DNA of 64,000 bases. Source: a virus. The translations under genes and the position numbers were made by a program. Below are positions 54,801 through 63,415 of the stretch, piece after piece. Positions within the stretch are counted from its first letter, which is position 1, and every line of letters begins with the position of its first letter. The notes beneath the pieces are model-generated. The model ran no database searches. It was not told the DNA's origin and saw only the letters and a list, made by a program, of their open reading frames with translations. The DNA lies in IMG/VR virus record IMGVR_UViG_3300003322_000327, positions 38,121 through 102,120 of that record; one strand, given 5' to 3'.

Positions 54801-56718
54801 GACGGACAGCCTCTTCAACGCGATGCCGGACGACCTCAAGGCTTGCGGTCTGCTCTACAAGACCAGCAGCAAGACCGAGATGGTCAACGCGTTCAAGAAG
54901 AACCCGAAGATCCGCTGGATGATCGGTATCCGCAAGAGCCTGGAAGTCGGCCTGAACCTGCAGCAAGCCGGCTACCTGTGCCGCATGGAAGGTGTGTGGA
55001 CGCCGGGCGAACAGGAGCAAGGTGACGCCCGTATCGAGCGCCCGAACTTCGGGCCCAACGGCGACAAGCGCACGGCTCTCCAGTTCGACACCATCGTGGC
55101 GAACCGGACGATCGACGTGACGAAGGCTGCCCGCCTCCGCGCCAAGATCGTGGCTCTGGCGAAGTTCGACAACAACCTCGACCCTGCGTATCAAGCGATC
55201 CCGGACATTCCTGTCATTCCGATGACGCTGGAAACGATCCAGACCATGAATGACTTCGACGACAACCTGGCGGCATACCAGGAGTCGATGAACATGCTGT
55301 CTGAGCACATCAAGTCCGAGTACGCCGAGTACAAGAAGCAGATCCTGGCTGCGGGCGGCTTCAAGTTCACGCAGGTGGCACAGGCTCCGACGCCTCCGGG
55401 TGCAGCGCTGTTGGCACGCGTGCCCTATGCCCAGGGTACCGAGCTCTACAACGCCTCCGAGATGGGCCTCGTCCGGGTCGACAACTACCTGGGCATGGAA
55501 CTGACCGGTGAAGACGATGACGACGACGCGCCGCCGATCGAGGATGATGACGAGTCGAAGGACAGCGCGGTCATCAAGGCTCAACGAGCCAAGGTGATGG
55601 GCATGCGCTGCCACTGCGAGTTCGGCGATGGTGTCATCTTCGGCGCCGCCGCTCTCGGCAAGGGCAACTTCATCTCGCGCGTTCACGTCGCACTCGACGA
55701 CGGCACGAAGGCACGTGGTCTCAAGGCCACGAACGTCTTCGTCATGACCAGGACCGAGACCAACTCGATCGACATGCGAAACAAGATCGCCCAGGCCGCA
55801 GGTCTGGACATCACCGCACCGATCACGGTTCCGGGTCTCGTCGTCAAGCAGTCGAAGGTGACGCAGAAGCAGCAGCGTGAACAAGAGAAGCAGCGCCAGC
55901 TCGAGATCCGTAAGGAGCAACTCGAGAAGCACAGCCTGGACAAGAAGGCGAAGCTCGCCATCGGCCTCCAGCTCTCGTTCATGAACGGCTACATGCGTCT
56001 GCACTACGACATTGGCACCAACCAGGCCGCTGTAAAGGCGCTGCAGGCTGTCGGCTTCCAGCACGACCTGCCGTACTATCAGACGCGAATCAAGAGCTAC
56101 AAGCAGCTGATCACTCAGGTCGAGAACTGGCTCGGGTCCGGCAAGTTCGAACTCAGCTCCAAGGTCGACCAGGATGCGTTCGAGGCCCTGGCACAAGAAC
56201 TGGCGAACGGTACCATCGCGACTCGTGCGCGCTACATGCGCATGATGAGCGGCGGCAACTTCCGCAACTACCTGCGTCAAGCCTTCAAGCCGAGTCCGGA
56301 TCGGACTCGCCTGTGTCTGTTCTCCATCGTCACTGACGGTGGCGATCGTGATCCGGGCGCTCTCAAGGAAGCGGAACGCAAGGGCGTGAACCCGAACTTC
56401 GGGGTCGCATACTTGTGTCTGCCTTCGGGTGGTGGCTTCCCTGGATCGAAGCTCGCGGTTGCTGACAAGTACAAGGCGCCCGGTACGCGCTGGACCCTGT
56501 CCGACTCGTCGATGAGCCTGTTCGTCAACAACCTGCGGGGCGCGGCTGCCGTGCTCAACGAGTTGGGTCGTGCAGGCGTCAAGATCGAGAATGGCGATGA
56601 GATCCGTCACCAAGCTGCGAACATGAAGAAGCTGACGCCGAAGGACGACGACACGATCGACCGTCGTGTCGCCGATGACGAAGCCGCGGGTGCTGCACCC
56701 GATCGCGGAGCCAAGTAA
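51841..56718 (+). CDS. large SNF2-family (SF2) helicase/translocase with long N- and C-terminal extensions
   Basis: LLPHQ (Q motif), DAGGGKS, CPSHLVANY, FMDESH, ASGT, IIFTNY, GLNLQ, QGDARIER. Confidence 0.9.
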   Translation: MSSITSEAAAPLMKLPPNPLRAAVLKRPRTNLVPNQDYALTKDQMQSGFMAVFNWAYSGDPRKTMLKLAFSPLMNMASLSTGKMPAAKTPEQRKERKNLNQSIAEWEKKRQDFNLAQYTTLKKVNAGNESHFLLGLPIVKVSSPDSANAVLMMFGAEPLTDEARETFNAPRDKQVTEDGTQAGPQVVAYAASKCLAKAGLNGDTTVMFAKCLQAVRYYYTEHDVVIFLEFKILPHEAQYLVSEDWAQIRPVDLYPLFTMWVEAEYVSKKYGKSATSMSKIAQTLPKHLPGDERVDQFNISINMKGEPLWIPKECDNTVKYETMFSDAGQQGSGEFALRKPGAYKQLQLPVNIPILTDWVNNKFTYSNATGKPQVIDLAHFRKCNAAMAMNLMKKSMKNKYFTTLQYYGEAAGLSVVAKDYGADTSHWPNASDDMSIEDYANFALAQFFQLTNSGALTFYELMDSLAQANLDRGDKGALDPNDPAMLLAPLARFVVALGPAMIRNIDSMYSKYAVITMTEALGMIQLLASYGSDLTGTQIAADTINKPAINQGIDKNWQPGAMPLVTKKFSEPDQGLLPHQYKVRNMLRHRPDLAALPVDAGGGKSMLAITDVLEEIKHGESEPYLIMCPSHLVANYVSEIVEFTDGKVNVIPVTSYNIRTTGIARFTEILEAAPINTILIVDYDALKFRSRATVYGTTTITVYPVIELIRQFQPGYVFMDESHFLRNVNSARMKSVMTLVADIKKKRLASGTMNPDSPSDLPGQMAILDPTVFGTRSEFNEQYGEVVKGQRVISWKRHGPNAVSTVLTKLRGSVVWAGAKRKEWACALPERHDHFIKVNLTPRQKEMYDAIFDDMVASIRKAAESDKNAKALLEKLTGKKASAEDEEKFGDLGDVQPEDEEDDSEDDVDDVGPALQPYLADIERFVTNPGFHPYARNGFINAEGQKIPPLTGDDLKSPKAIALEYRLREYLNTHESKAIIFTNYNESTDSLFNAMPDDLKACGLLYKTSSKTEMVNAFKKNPKIRWMIGIRKSLEVGLNLQQAGYLCRMEGVWTPGEQEQGDARIERPNFGPNGDKRTALQFDTIVANRTIDVTKAARLRAKIVALAKFDNNLDPAYQAIPDIPVIPMTLETIQTMNDFDDNLAAYQESMNMLSEHIKSEYAEYKKQILAAGGFKFTQVAQAPTPPGAALLARVPYAQGTELYNASEMGLVRVDNYLGMELTGEDDDDDAPPIEDDDESKDSAVIKAQRAKVMGMRCHCEFGDGVIFGAAALGKGNFISRVHVALDDGTKARGLKATNVFVMTRTETNSIDMRNKIAQAAGLDITAPITVPGLVVKQSKVTQKQQREQEKQRQLEIRKEQLEKHSLDKKAKLAIGLQLSFMNGYMRLHYDIGTNQAAVKALQAVGFQHDLPYYQTRIKSYKQLITQVENWLGSGKFELSSKVDQDAFEALAQELANGTIATRARYMRMMSGGNFRNYLRQAFKPSPDRTRLCLFSIVTDGGDRDPGALKEAERKGVNPNFGVAYLCLPSGGGFPGSKLAVADKYKAPGTRWTLSDSSMSLFVNNLRGAAAVLNELGRAGVKIENGDEIRHQAANMKKLTPKDDDTIDRRVADDEAAGAAPDRGAK

Positions 56719-56786
56719 GCTCCAATTTCATCAACATGGACGGTCCTTCAAAGGCCGTCCCCTTTCCACCACCTGAAGGAATCATC

Positions 56787-57335
56787 ATGACGTTTTCCAT
56801 GAACCCGCTGAAGAAGGCGATGCAAGCCGCCGGTCACGTGCTGTCCGAAGGCGAAGGCTTCCTGGTGCACGAACTCCAGACCGCGCGCGACTGGCTGCAC
56901 TCGATCGGCATGGGCCACATCGGCGACGACTTCCACATGTTCGAGACCGAGATCGCCAAGCCGGCGTTCCACGGCATCGCCAAGGCCATCGGCTGGGTCA
57001 AGGACGAAGTCGTGGCCGAAGCCGAGAAGCTGAAGGCGGAGCAGGAGGCCAAGGAAGCTGCAGAAGCGGCCGCGAAGGCCCAAGCGGAAGCCGACGCCAA
57101 GGCTCAGGCCGAAGCTGCAGCTGCCGCGCAAGCCGCTGCTGAAGCCAAAGCCAAGGCCGATGCGGAGGCCGCCGCAGCTGCACAAGCAGCCGCCGATGCG
57201 AAGGCTGCGCAAGATGCGGTCGACGCAGCCAAGGCTGCCACGCAACAATCGGAAGCGGCTGACGCCGACGCCGGTTCGAGCGAGCAATCCGAGCAAGCCG
57301 CTGCTCCGGCCCCGGCTCCCGCCACCAAGGAGTAA
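56787..57335 (+). CDS. Ala-rich coiled-coil protein
   Basis: ATG 56787 with AAGGA SD; AEAKAKADAEAAAAAQAAA-type repeats. Confidence 0.7.
   Translation: MTFSMNPLKKAMQAAGHVLSEGEGFLVHELQTARDWLHSIGMGHIGDDFHMFETEIAKPAFHGIAKAIGWVKDEVVAEAEKLKAEQEAKEAAEAAAKAQAEADAKAQAEAAAAAQAAAEAKAKADAEAAAAAQAAADAKAAQDAVDAAKAATQQSEAADADAGSSEQSEQAAAPAPAPATKE
57040..57245 (+). repeat. imperfect tandem coding repeat (Ala/Glu/Lys/Gln)
   Basis: AAAKAQAEADAKAQAEAAAAAQAAAEAKAKADAEAAAAAQAAADAKAAQ. Confidence 0.6.
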
Positions 57336-57341
57336 TCGCAC

Positions 57342-57761
57342 ATGGCCCGTATCATTGGCAACACCGGTCCTGGGATGGAACCAACCGGAACGGGCTCCGG
57401 AGTTGGCAAGTTCCGGGCCCCGTTCGGTCGTGTCACCATCATAGCTGACGCGGATGGTGACGTCTTCCGACTCCCAGTCTCAGCGCTGTTCGGCAAAGCC
57501 GGTCAGGTCTACCAGGGCATCTTCGCTCAGACCACGGCCGTGGCTACCGGTACCGTGCAGATCGACACGACGTTGATCGAGCCCGACCTGGCATGCAACC
57601 CTGCGCAAGACGCAGTGGCTTCGGGTCAGCAGTCGCACTGGCACCCGGACACGACCGTGGCCGTCGGCACCGGCATCTCGAAGCTCAGCATCCCGTGCCC
57701 GACCGCGCTGCGCATCACCTTCGCAAAGAAGGGCACGATCCTCTACCTCACAGGAGTCTGA
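57342..57761 (+). CDS. putative virion structural protein
   Basis: 139 aa, Gly/Thr-rich beta; AAGGAG SD; upstream of the protease. Confidence 0.55.
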   Translation: MARIIGNTGPGMEPTGTGSGVGKFRAPFGRVTIIADADGDVFRLPVSALFGKAGQVYQGIFAQTTAVATGTVQIDTTLIEPDLACNPAQDAVASGQQSHWHPDTTVAVGTGISKLSIPCPTALRITFAKKGTILYLTGV

Positions 57762-57762
57762 C

Positions 57763-58563
57763 ATGACTGGTCCGCGCTTTCCGCGTCAATACTTCTCGCA
57801 GGTGGAGCGCAAGGTCCAAGCTGAAGCCGAGCCTCAAGCCGAGGCTCCGGCTCAGCCGCTGATCCAAGGTCTCGGCCGTTCGGACGAGCGTGCTGTCGAT
57901 GGCGAGAAGGAACCCTCAGTCATCGAGCGCGTCGACTTCGAGTCGTGGCTGCCCTTCGCTGCGAAGACGTACCACATCAGTCCCCGTATCGAGGACTATG
58001 TTTTCAAGAACATGCCGATCTGTCCTTCGGACTTCCCGAATCGGAACGGCATCGCATTCCCGCTGCAGGAGCTCGTGCAGTTCCTGCCGCCTCCGATGAA
58101 TCGCCAGGTCTTCAAGGCCTGGCAAGGCTGCCCAGTTCACCTCGAGCACGACAACGAAGACTGCACCAAGGCGTACGGTGTTGTCTTCGACACGAGCCTA
58201 AGCAAGATCCATGGCTACGGTCAAGGCAAGCACTGGAAGGTCATGGGCCTCATCGGAGTCGACAAGACCAAGTACCCGGAGATCGCGCAGGAAGTCCTGG
58301 ACGGCAAGATCATCACGGGCTCGATGGGCGCCTTGGCAGACAGGTTCACGTGCTCGGTCTGCGGCCGCGAAGCCACCGAGAACAAGTTCATGAACTGCAA
58401 CCACGTTGGCTCCACGAAGGAAGTCAATTGGAAACTCGTGGACTACATGGGCCAGCAACACATCGCGTACCTGAATGCGCACGGCCTCAGCCCGATCGAG
58501 TACAGCCTGGTGCGCGACCCTGCCTGGGTTGCTGCTCTCTCCGATCACATCATGGCATGGTGA
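57763..58563 (+). CDS. putative prohead (capsid maturation) protease
   Basis: DFPNRNG..FP, HLEHD, GSMG, CSVC, IEYSLVRDPA; upstream of scaffold and capsid genes. Confidence 0.7.
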   Translation: MTGPRFPRQYFSQVERKVQAEAEPQAEAPAQPLIQGLGRSDERAVDGEKEPSVIERVDFESWLPFAAKTYHISPRIEDYVFKNMPICPSDFPNRNGIAFPLQELVQFLPPPMNRQVFKAWQGCPVHLEHDNEDCTKAYGVVFDTSLSKIHGYGQGKHWKVMGLIGVDKTKYPEIAQEVLDGKIITGSMGALADRFTCSVCGREATENKFMNCNHVGSTKEVNWKLVDYMGQQHIAYLNAHGLSPIEYSLVRDPAWVAALSDHIMAW

Positions 58564-58568
58564 ACATC

Positions 58569-58919
58569 ATGAACAAGTTGCAAGCGAAGGCCCGTCTGCT
58601 GGCCGACAAGGTCGTTCAAGCTTCCAAAGTGGTGTGGGACTCCACGTTCCACAAGCTTTGGACGGATACCAATGGTGTTTACAACATCAAGACCAAGGAA
58701 GCTGGGCAAGCTCAAGTCCGCATCATGGGCAACCAAGGCGACGAAGACGAAGAGCTGCTCAATCAACTGAGCAAGAAGTACAAGACCGGCAATCTCCAGT
58801 CCGGTGTTCCCAACATCGAGATGGAGATCGGCGGCGAAAACGTGCTTCTGACTTGGGACGAAGCGTACAACCTCGGCTATGCGCTGATGCGTAGCGCAGA
58901 GATAGCCTACTACGGCTAG
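58569..58919 (+). CDS. hypothetical protein with N-terminal KLQAKARLLAD tag
   Basis: ATG 58569 within ORF 57945..58919. Confidence 0.7.
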   Translation: MNKLQAKARLLADKVVQASKVVWDSTFHKLWTDTNGVYNIKTKEAGQAQVRIMGNQGDEDEELLNQLSKKYKTGNLQSGVPNIEMEIGGENVLLTWDEAYNLGYALMRSAEIAYYG

Positions 58920-58934
58920 ACTGACTCCGCGAAA

Positions 58935-59405
58935 ATGACATCGTTGGGACGAGCCGGTGACGGAGGGTCAACGGTTCGCAGAGGAGTCCGAATGAAAGCG
59001 CATATTGAGGCTCTAGATCAGTCTCAACGTGCGTACCTCGGAGCTCTGCTCGCAGCAACGCGACCAGGTTCCGAACCGCACTTGACTGCGGGTGATAGCC
59101 GGCTACCGACCGCGCGTTACCTTGCTGCCAATCGCGACCGGTTGATGGATGCTGACCTCGTTCTGGTCGGCTACAGCTACAGCGATCCATTACCCGTTCA
59201 CTGCTTTGTACAGGCTAAGACAGGCCAGCGCCTCTTTGACTCGAACCGTGTGTGCAAGCTCACTGATCGTAGTTACGAGTGGCCAACCTGGCTCGGCATG
59301 ACCATCAAAGGCGTAGTACTGGCGCGCATCAGCGTCAGGCACCTGCTCGGGGATTTCGTTCTACTCACGGCGCTCGAGGAAAGAAAGAGGCGTCGAACCG
59401 ATTAG
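58935..59405 (+). CDS. hypothetical protein (start uncertain, possibly ATG 58992); atypical codon usage
   Basis: 156-aa ORF; GGAG SD before 58992. Confidence 0.55.
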   Translation: MTSLGRAGDGGSTVRRGVRMKAHIEALDQSQRAYLGALLAATRPGSEPHLTAGDSRLPTARYLAANRDRLMDADLVLVGYSYSDPLPVHCFVQAKTGQRLFDSNRVCKLTDRSYEWPTWLGMTIKGVVLARISVRHLLGDFVLLTALEERKRRRTD

Positions 59406-59414
59406 TGGAGTGGT

Positions 59415-59891
59415 ATGTTCAAGTCAGTCATCAACTTCGGCCTTGCATTCGGTGTGCCGCTCATGGCGGCAGTCTTCACCGCAGTGATCTGTCAGTTCAT
59501 CCCAGAACTTCCGTTGCCACCCGGCTCGAAGTTCTACGCGGATGTCGGCCTAGAGTGGATCACGGCCATACGAGTCCTCGGGTTCATATGGCTCAGCCTG
59601 TGCCTACTTGTCGTCACCGCCGTGCATCAGCGCGACGTGGCGAACCGCAGGTCATTGGCGCTGAAGCGCAGGTGCACAGCACTCGCAAACTTCTTCGCCA
59701 CGTTCGCTTCGTGGTCGCTGACTTTTCCAGGCATCATTCTTTTCGGTGGCGACTGGAACATTGCTTCCTGGGTCTTCGGTTTCTTCACATCGGCAAGTGC
59801 GGTATACACCTGCTACGTGATGATCACCACGGAGTCATTGGTCAAGTCGCTGATTGGCGACATCAGAGAAACAAGTCAGACCCCGATCTGA
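59415..59891 (+). CDS. multi-TM membrane protein
   Basis: four hydrophobic segments; GGAG SD. Confidence 0.7.
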   Translation: MFKSVINFGLAFGVPLMAAVFTAVICQFIPELPLPPGSKFYADVGLEWITAIRVLGFIWLSLCLLVVTAVHQRDVANRRSLALKRRCTALANFFATFASWSLTFPGIILFGGDWNIASWVFGFFTSASAVYTCYVMITTESLVKSLIGDIRETSQTPI

Positions 59892-59895
59892 GCAC

Positions 59896-59931
59896 AAGGG
59901 CCGGTCACGCAAGTGGCGCGGCCCTTTACTT
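59896..59931 (+). terminator. probable terminator hairpin with a GCAA tetraloop
   Basis: AAGGGCCG-GTCAC-GCAA-GTGGC-G-CGGCCCTT followed by TACTT. Confidence 0.6.
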
Positions 59932-60089
59932 CGCCCTCACGATCCGGTGACCACCCCGTTTTGGACTAAAAGTTGCACCCACCATTTTTATTTTGCGGGC
60001 CGAAAGGTCCGGAAACGCCGAGTAGGTTAGACTTTGTGGACTAGTACACAGTGTCTAGCCAACTCATTACCTTAACGAAGGAGTGCTCA

Positions 60090-61577
60090 ATGACCAAGCA
60101 ACTGCGAGCCGCTGCTTCGACCACGATGACTCACGACGGCAACGATCTGAATCTCAAGGTCGAACAGGGTGACGCCGGTCTCGAAAACTCGCAGGAACCG
60201 ATGGGCCTCATCGATCCCGCGAGCCTCGATTCCGGTTTCACGCACTCGGACGAAAAGCCGACGATGCCCGGCATGAAGGCCAAGGCGCCGACGACCGCGG
60301 GCACCAAGGCCGACAAGCCGAAGGTGGAAGCCAACGGCGCGATGTCGGAACCGCTCAAGGATGAAGAGATTCCTCCGGGCGGCAAGATCGCCGAGATGGA
60401 CAACGAACAAGACCCGGCCGTGGGCTACCTGAACAAGGAAGCCGACATGCCCGTCATCAACAACGCCAGCGTGGAAGACGACGCGCCGCCTCCGGGTTCG
60501 GAGATGGACGACGACGCCGAACCGGAAGCCGACCTCGAAGCCACGACCGACGACAACGGCGCCGGCGAGTTCGACGACCTGCCCGGCATCGAAGCGTCGG
60601 ACGAAGGCGATGACGACTCGGAGTTCGAGGACCTGGAACCGGAAGCGCCGATGCCCGAAGCGTCGTCCGCCATGGAACCCAACGCGAGCCCGACCGAGGA
60701 AGTCGCCGAGTTCGAAGCAGCTCCGCCGTCCGACGAAGAGCAGCCTCTCGTCGACGTCGACGAAGTGCCCGACAACGAAGGCTCCGAAGACCTGGTCTTC
60801 GCCGCCCTGGGCAACAGCGTCCACGTGATCCGCAGCAACCGCATCATCGCCTCGATGGGTCCGGCCTCCGCGCGCAAGCTCGGCGTCCAGGACGTGTTCC
60901 AAGGCGAACAGTACGAAGCCGTGGTCGCGCACGCGATCGACACCAAGGGCCTGCGCAAGGGTCTGGTGCAGCAAGGTTTCGTCCTGGCCAAGGTCAAGAT
61001 GACGGCCTCCAAGGCCACGTCGAAGATCGTGAAGGCCAAGGTCGAAGCCGGCATGAAGGACAAGCTCGAAGCCATCGCCAAGCAGAACAAGGCGATGGAA
61101 CAGAGCCTGGCCATCGCAGCCGTCGGCATCAACAAGCAGTACTGGAAGGACGTCCCGAACGAGCTGAAGGCCAGCCTCATCACCGAGCTGGAACAAGCCG
61201 GCGTTCGCGGTGCCAAGCGCCTGGTGTCCTCCGTGTTCGCGTCGCATGGCGTGAGCTACGCGCGTCAGATCCTGGCCCTGGCTCAGCGCATCGCGGCCAT
61301 GCCCGAAGAAGTCCGTGACAACCACGCCGAGAGCCTCGACATGACCAGCGATGGTGATTTCGATGACGACGACATGGTCGAATCGGGCGCCGAGTGCATG
61401 GACGGCGAGCCGGTCAACGAGTTCGAGGAGTTCGAGACGGAAGTTCCCGCTTCCGTGACGGCCGCCCTCGCGAACCCGATGCACCGTCGCGTGAGCCAGA
61501 CCAAGATGATCGCCGGCGTGAAGGACATGCAAGGCGTCAACAGCTTCCTGTACGGCGGTCGGTCGCTCATCGGCTGA
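60090..61577 (+). CDS. prohead scaffold/core protein (acidic disordered N-half, helical C-half)
   Basis: ATG 60090 with AAGGAG SD; located between protease and capsid genes; strongly biased codon usage. Confidence 0.7.
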   Translation: MTKQLRAAASTTMTHDGNDLNLKVEQGDAGLENSQEPMGLIDPASLDSGFTHSDEKPTMPGMKAKAPTTAGTKADKPKVEANGAMSEPLKDEEIPPGGKIAEMDNEQDPAVGYLNKEADMPVINNASVEDDAPPPGSEMDDDAEPEADLEATTDDNGAGEFDDLPGIEASDEGDDDSEFEDLEPEAPMPEASSAMEPNASPTEEVAEFEAAPPSDEEQPLVDVDEVPDNEGSEDLVFAALGNSVHVIRSNRIIASMGPASARKLGVQDVFQGEQYEAVVAHAIDTKGLRKGLVQQGFVLAKVKMTASKATSKIVKAKVEAGMKDKLEAIAKQNKAMEQSLAIAAVGINKQYWKDVPNELKASLITELEQAGVRGAKRLVSSVFASHGVSYARQILALAQRIAAMPEEVRDNHAESLDMTSDGDFDDDDMVESGAECMDGEPVNEFEEFETEVPASVTAALANPMHRRVSQTKMIAGVKDMQGVNSFLYGGRSLIG

Positions 61578-61614
61578 TCAGTCCGGAATTTCCCAACCTC
61601 ATCACGGAGTCAAC

Positions 61615-62301
61615 ATGCTCTACCTGCCTCTCTCGAAGTTCCCGGACAGCGCCGAAACCATCGTCGCGACCGGCGCCTCCATCACCGCCGAAGGTGCCGC
61701 CCTGGTGCGCGCCGCCGGTGCCACCGCCTCGGGCGTGACCATGTCGCAAGGCACGAGCGGCGAAATCTTCGCCGGCTTCTCGATCGCCGCGACGTCGGCC
61801 GCCGCCTTCCAGGCCGCGTACCAGACCAAGGTCGAGAAGTTCGTCGTGCCCTCGTCGGGCTCGGTGCAACTGGCGCAGACCCCGGTCAGCGGCCAGGTCT
61901 TCATCTACGACCAGACCGCGGGCGCCGCGGTGGCGATCTCCGGTGGCGTCAGCGTCACCGGCAACGTGGTCGCGGGCCTCACCGCCGGCAACACGGTCCT
62001 GATCACCTACAAGTATGCCCTGTCGGTCCAGCAAGCCCGCACCATCCAAGGTGACGTGCAGCCCGGCGGCTACATCGGCGACTACATCGGCCAAGTCGGC
62101 CTGATCAAGCGCGGCCTCATCTTCACCGACATGTACGACGCGTCGAAGGACTGGTCGAACGTCGGTGCGAACGGCATCCTCCTGGGCGCCGGCGGCATCC
62201 TGACGACCAGCGGTTCGGGCTCGGCCCTGACCGGTGCCTACGTCGTGTCGCTGCCGAGCCAGGAAGTCCCCTTCCTCGGTCTCGAGTTCAGCGCCGCCTG
62301 A
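61615..62301 (+). CDS. putative capsid decoration/minor head protein
   Basis: 228 aa, Gly/Ala/Thr/Val-rich; directly upstream of the MCP. Confidence 0.6.
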   Translation: MLYLPLSKFPDSAETIVATGASITAEGAALVRAAGATASGVTMSQGTSGEIFAGFSIAATSAAAFQAAYQTKVEKFVVPSSGSVQLAQTPVSGQVFIYDQTAGAAVAISGGVSVTGNVVAGLTAGNTVLITYKYALSVQQARTIQGDVQPGGYIGDYIGQVGLIKRGLIFTDMYDASKDWSNVGANGILLGAGGILTTSGSGSALTGAYVVSLPSQEVPFLGLEFSAA

Positions 62302-62345
62302 TCGGTCGTCGACTGAAGCCAACCACCTTTCAGGAGAAACTCAAC

Positions 62346-63407
62346 ATGCAACGCATCACCGCCAACGTCCGCCCGGCCAAGTCGCCCGTGCTGGCCACCG
62401 AGCTGAAGCTCGCCGGTTCCAACGAGCTGGCCGTCGGCCGCAACGGCGAACTGAACGCCTCGTCCAAGCGCGACCTGCTCGAACAGCAGCGCAAGTTCCT
62501 GACCGCGGCCTCGCAAGGCAACATGCTGGCCATCAGCCGTCAGGAATCGCGTGACCTGGTCCAGGCCGCCTTCAACAGCCCGGAAGCGCACCGCGTCCTG
62601 GGCGAGAAGATCAGCGAGAGCCTGTACATCACGGCGAACCGTCAGGGCTTCATGCGCAAGTACCTGGCCCGGATCGACGTGGAGATCGGCAGCGTGCCGC
62701 GCTTCCCGCTGCGCAACAAGAACGTGACGGCCGTGTGGTCGACCAGCCCGACCAAGGTCGAGTCGCAGATCACGCGCGACAAGTGGTTCACGCCGCCGGA
62801 ACTGACGGTCGTGGCCCGCCCGTTCATCCCGCAGGTCGAACTGAACCAATCCAGCGGCGACGTGCTGCAGGAGAAGTACATCGAGGCCGTGGAAGCCACG
62901 ATGGTCGCCGAGGACCGCCTGTACTACAACCAGCTGCAGAAGCTGGTCGGCGTCGACAACAACCTGACCATCGTGTCGGGCCAGCTGACGCCGTACAGCC
63001 TCATGACCGTCGTGACCAACGTCACGCGCTGGGGCCTCAAGGGCGCCCACCTGCTGATGGCGACGGACCTGTGGCAAGACGTGGTCGGCAACTCCGACTT
63101 CTTCCAAGCCATCGATCCGGTCGCGCGTCACGAGCTGCTGCTCACCGGCGAGCTGGGCACGATGTACGGCATGACCGTGACGTCGGACGCGTTCCGTCAC
63201 CCGGAACACAAGGTCCTGGGCCAGGGCGAGTTCTACGTGATCTCGGACGCGCTGAACCACGGCGCGTACTCGGATCGCGGCGGCATCCAGTCGACCCCGA
63301 TCGACATCTCGATCGAGAAGATCCCCGGCCGCGGCTTCGTCCTGCACGAAGCCCTGGCGGTGTCGGTCGCGAACAGCCGTTCGTTCGCCAAGGGCTATCG
63401 CCTGTAA
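62346..63407 (+). CDS. major capsid protein (HK97-fold inferred)
   Basis: 353 aa, AGGAG SD, extreme codon bias; order protease-scaffold-decoration-MCP; segment pattern typical of jumbo-phage MCPs. Confidence 0.8.
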   Translation: MQRITANVRPAKSPVLATELKLAGSNELAVGRNGELNASSKRDLLEQQRKFLTAASQGNMLAISRQESRDLVQAAFNSPEAHRVLGEKISESLYITANRQGFMRKYLARIDVEIGSVPRFPLRNKNVTAVWSTSPTKVESQITRDKWFTPPELTVVARPFIPQVELNQSSGDVLQEKYIEAVEATMVAEDRLYYNQLQKLVGVDNNLTIVSGQLTPYSLMTVVTNVTRWGLKGAHLLMATDLWQDVVGNSDFFQAIDPVARHELLLTGELGTMYGMTVTSDAFRHPEHKVLGQGEFYVISDALNHGAYSDRGGIQSTPIDISIEKIPGRGFVLHEALAVSVANSRSFAKGYRL

Positions 63408-63415
63408 TCGGCTTC

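Noticed and set aside
53401-56613. Very long antisense ORFs (e.g. 53401..56613, 42565..44145, 32722..34383, 29453..30964, 60087..61532)
   Set aside because: They are shadows of real genes on the opposite strand, caused by strong C/G third-position bias, and have no motifs.
57040-57245. Tandem repeat as a CRISPR-like or non-coding array
   Set aside because: It is an in-frame Ala-rich coding repeat without a repeat-spacer structure.
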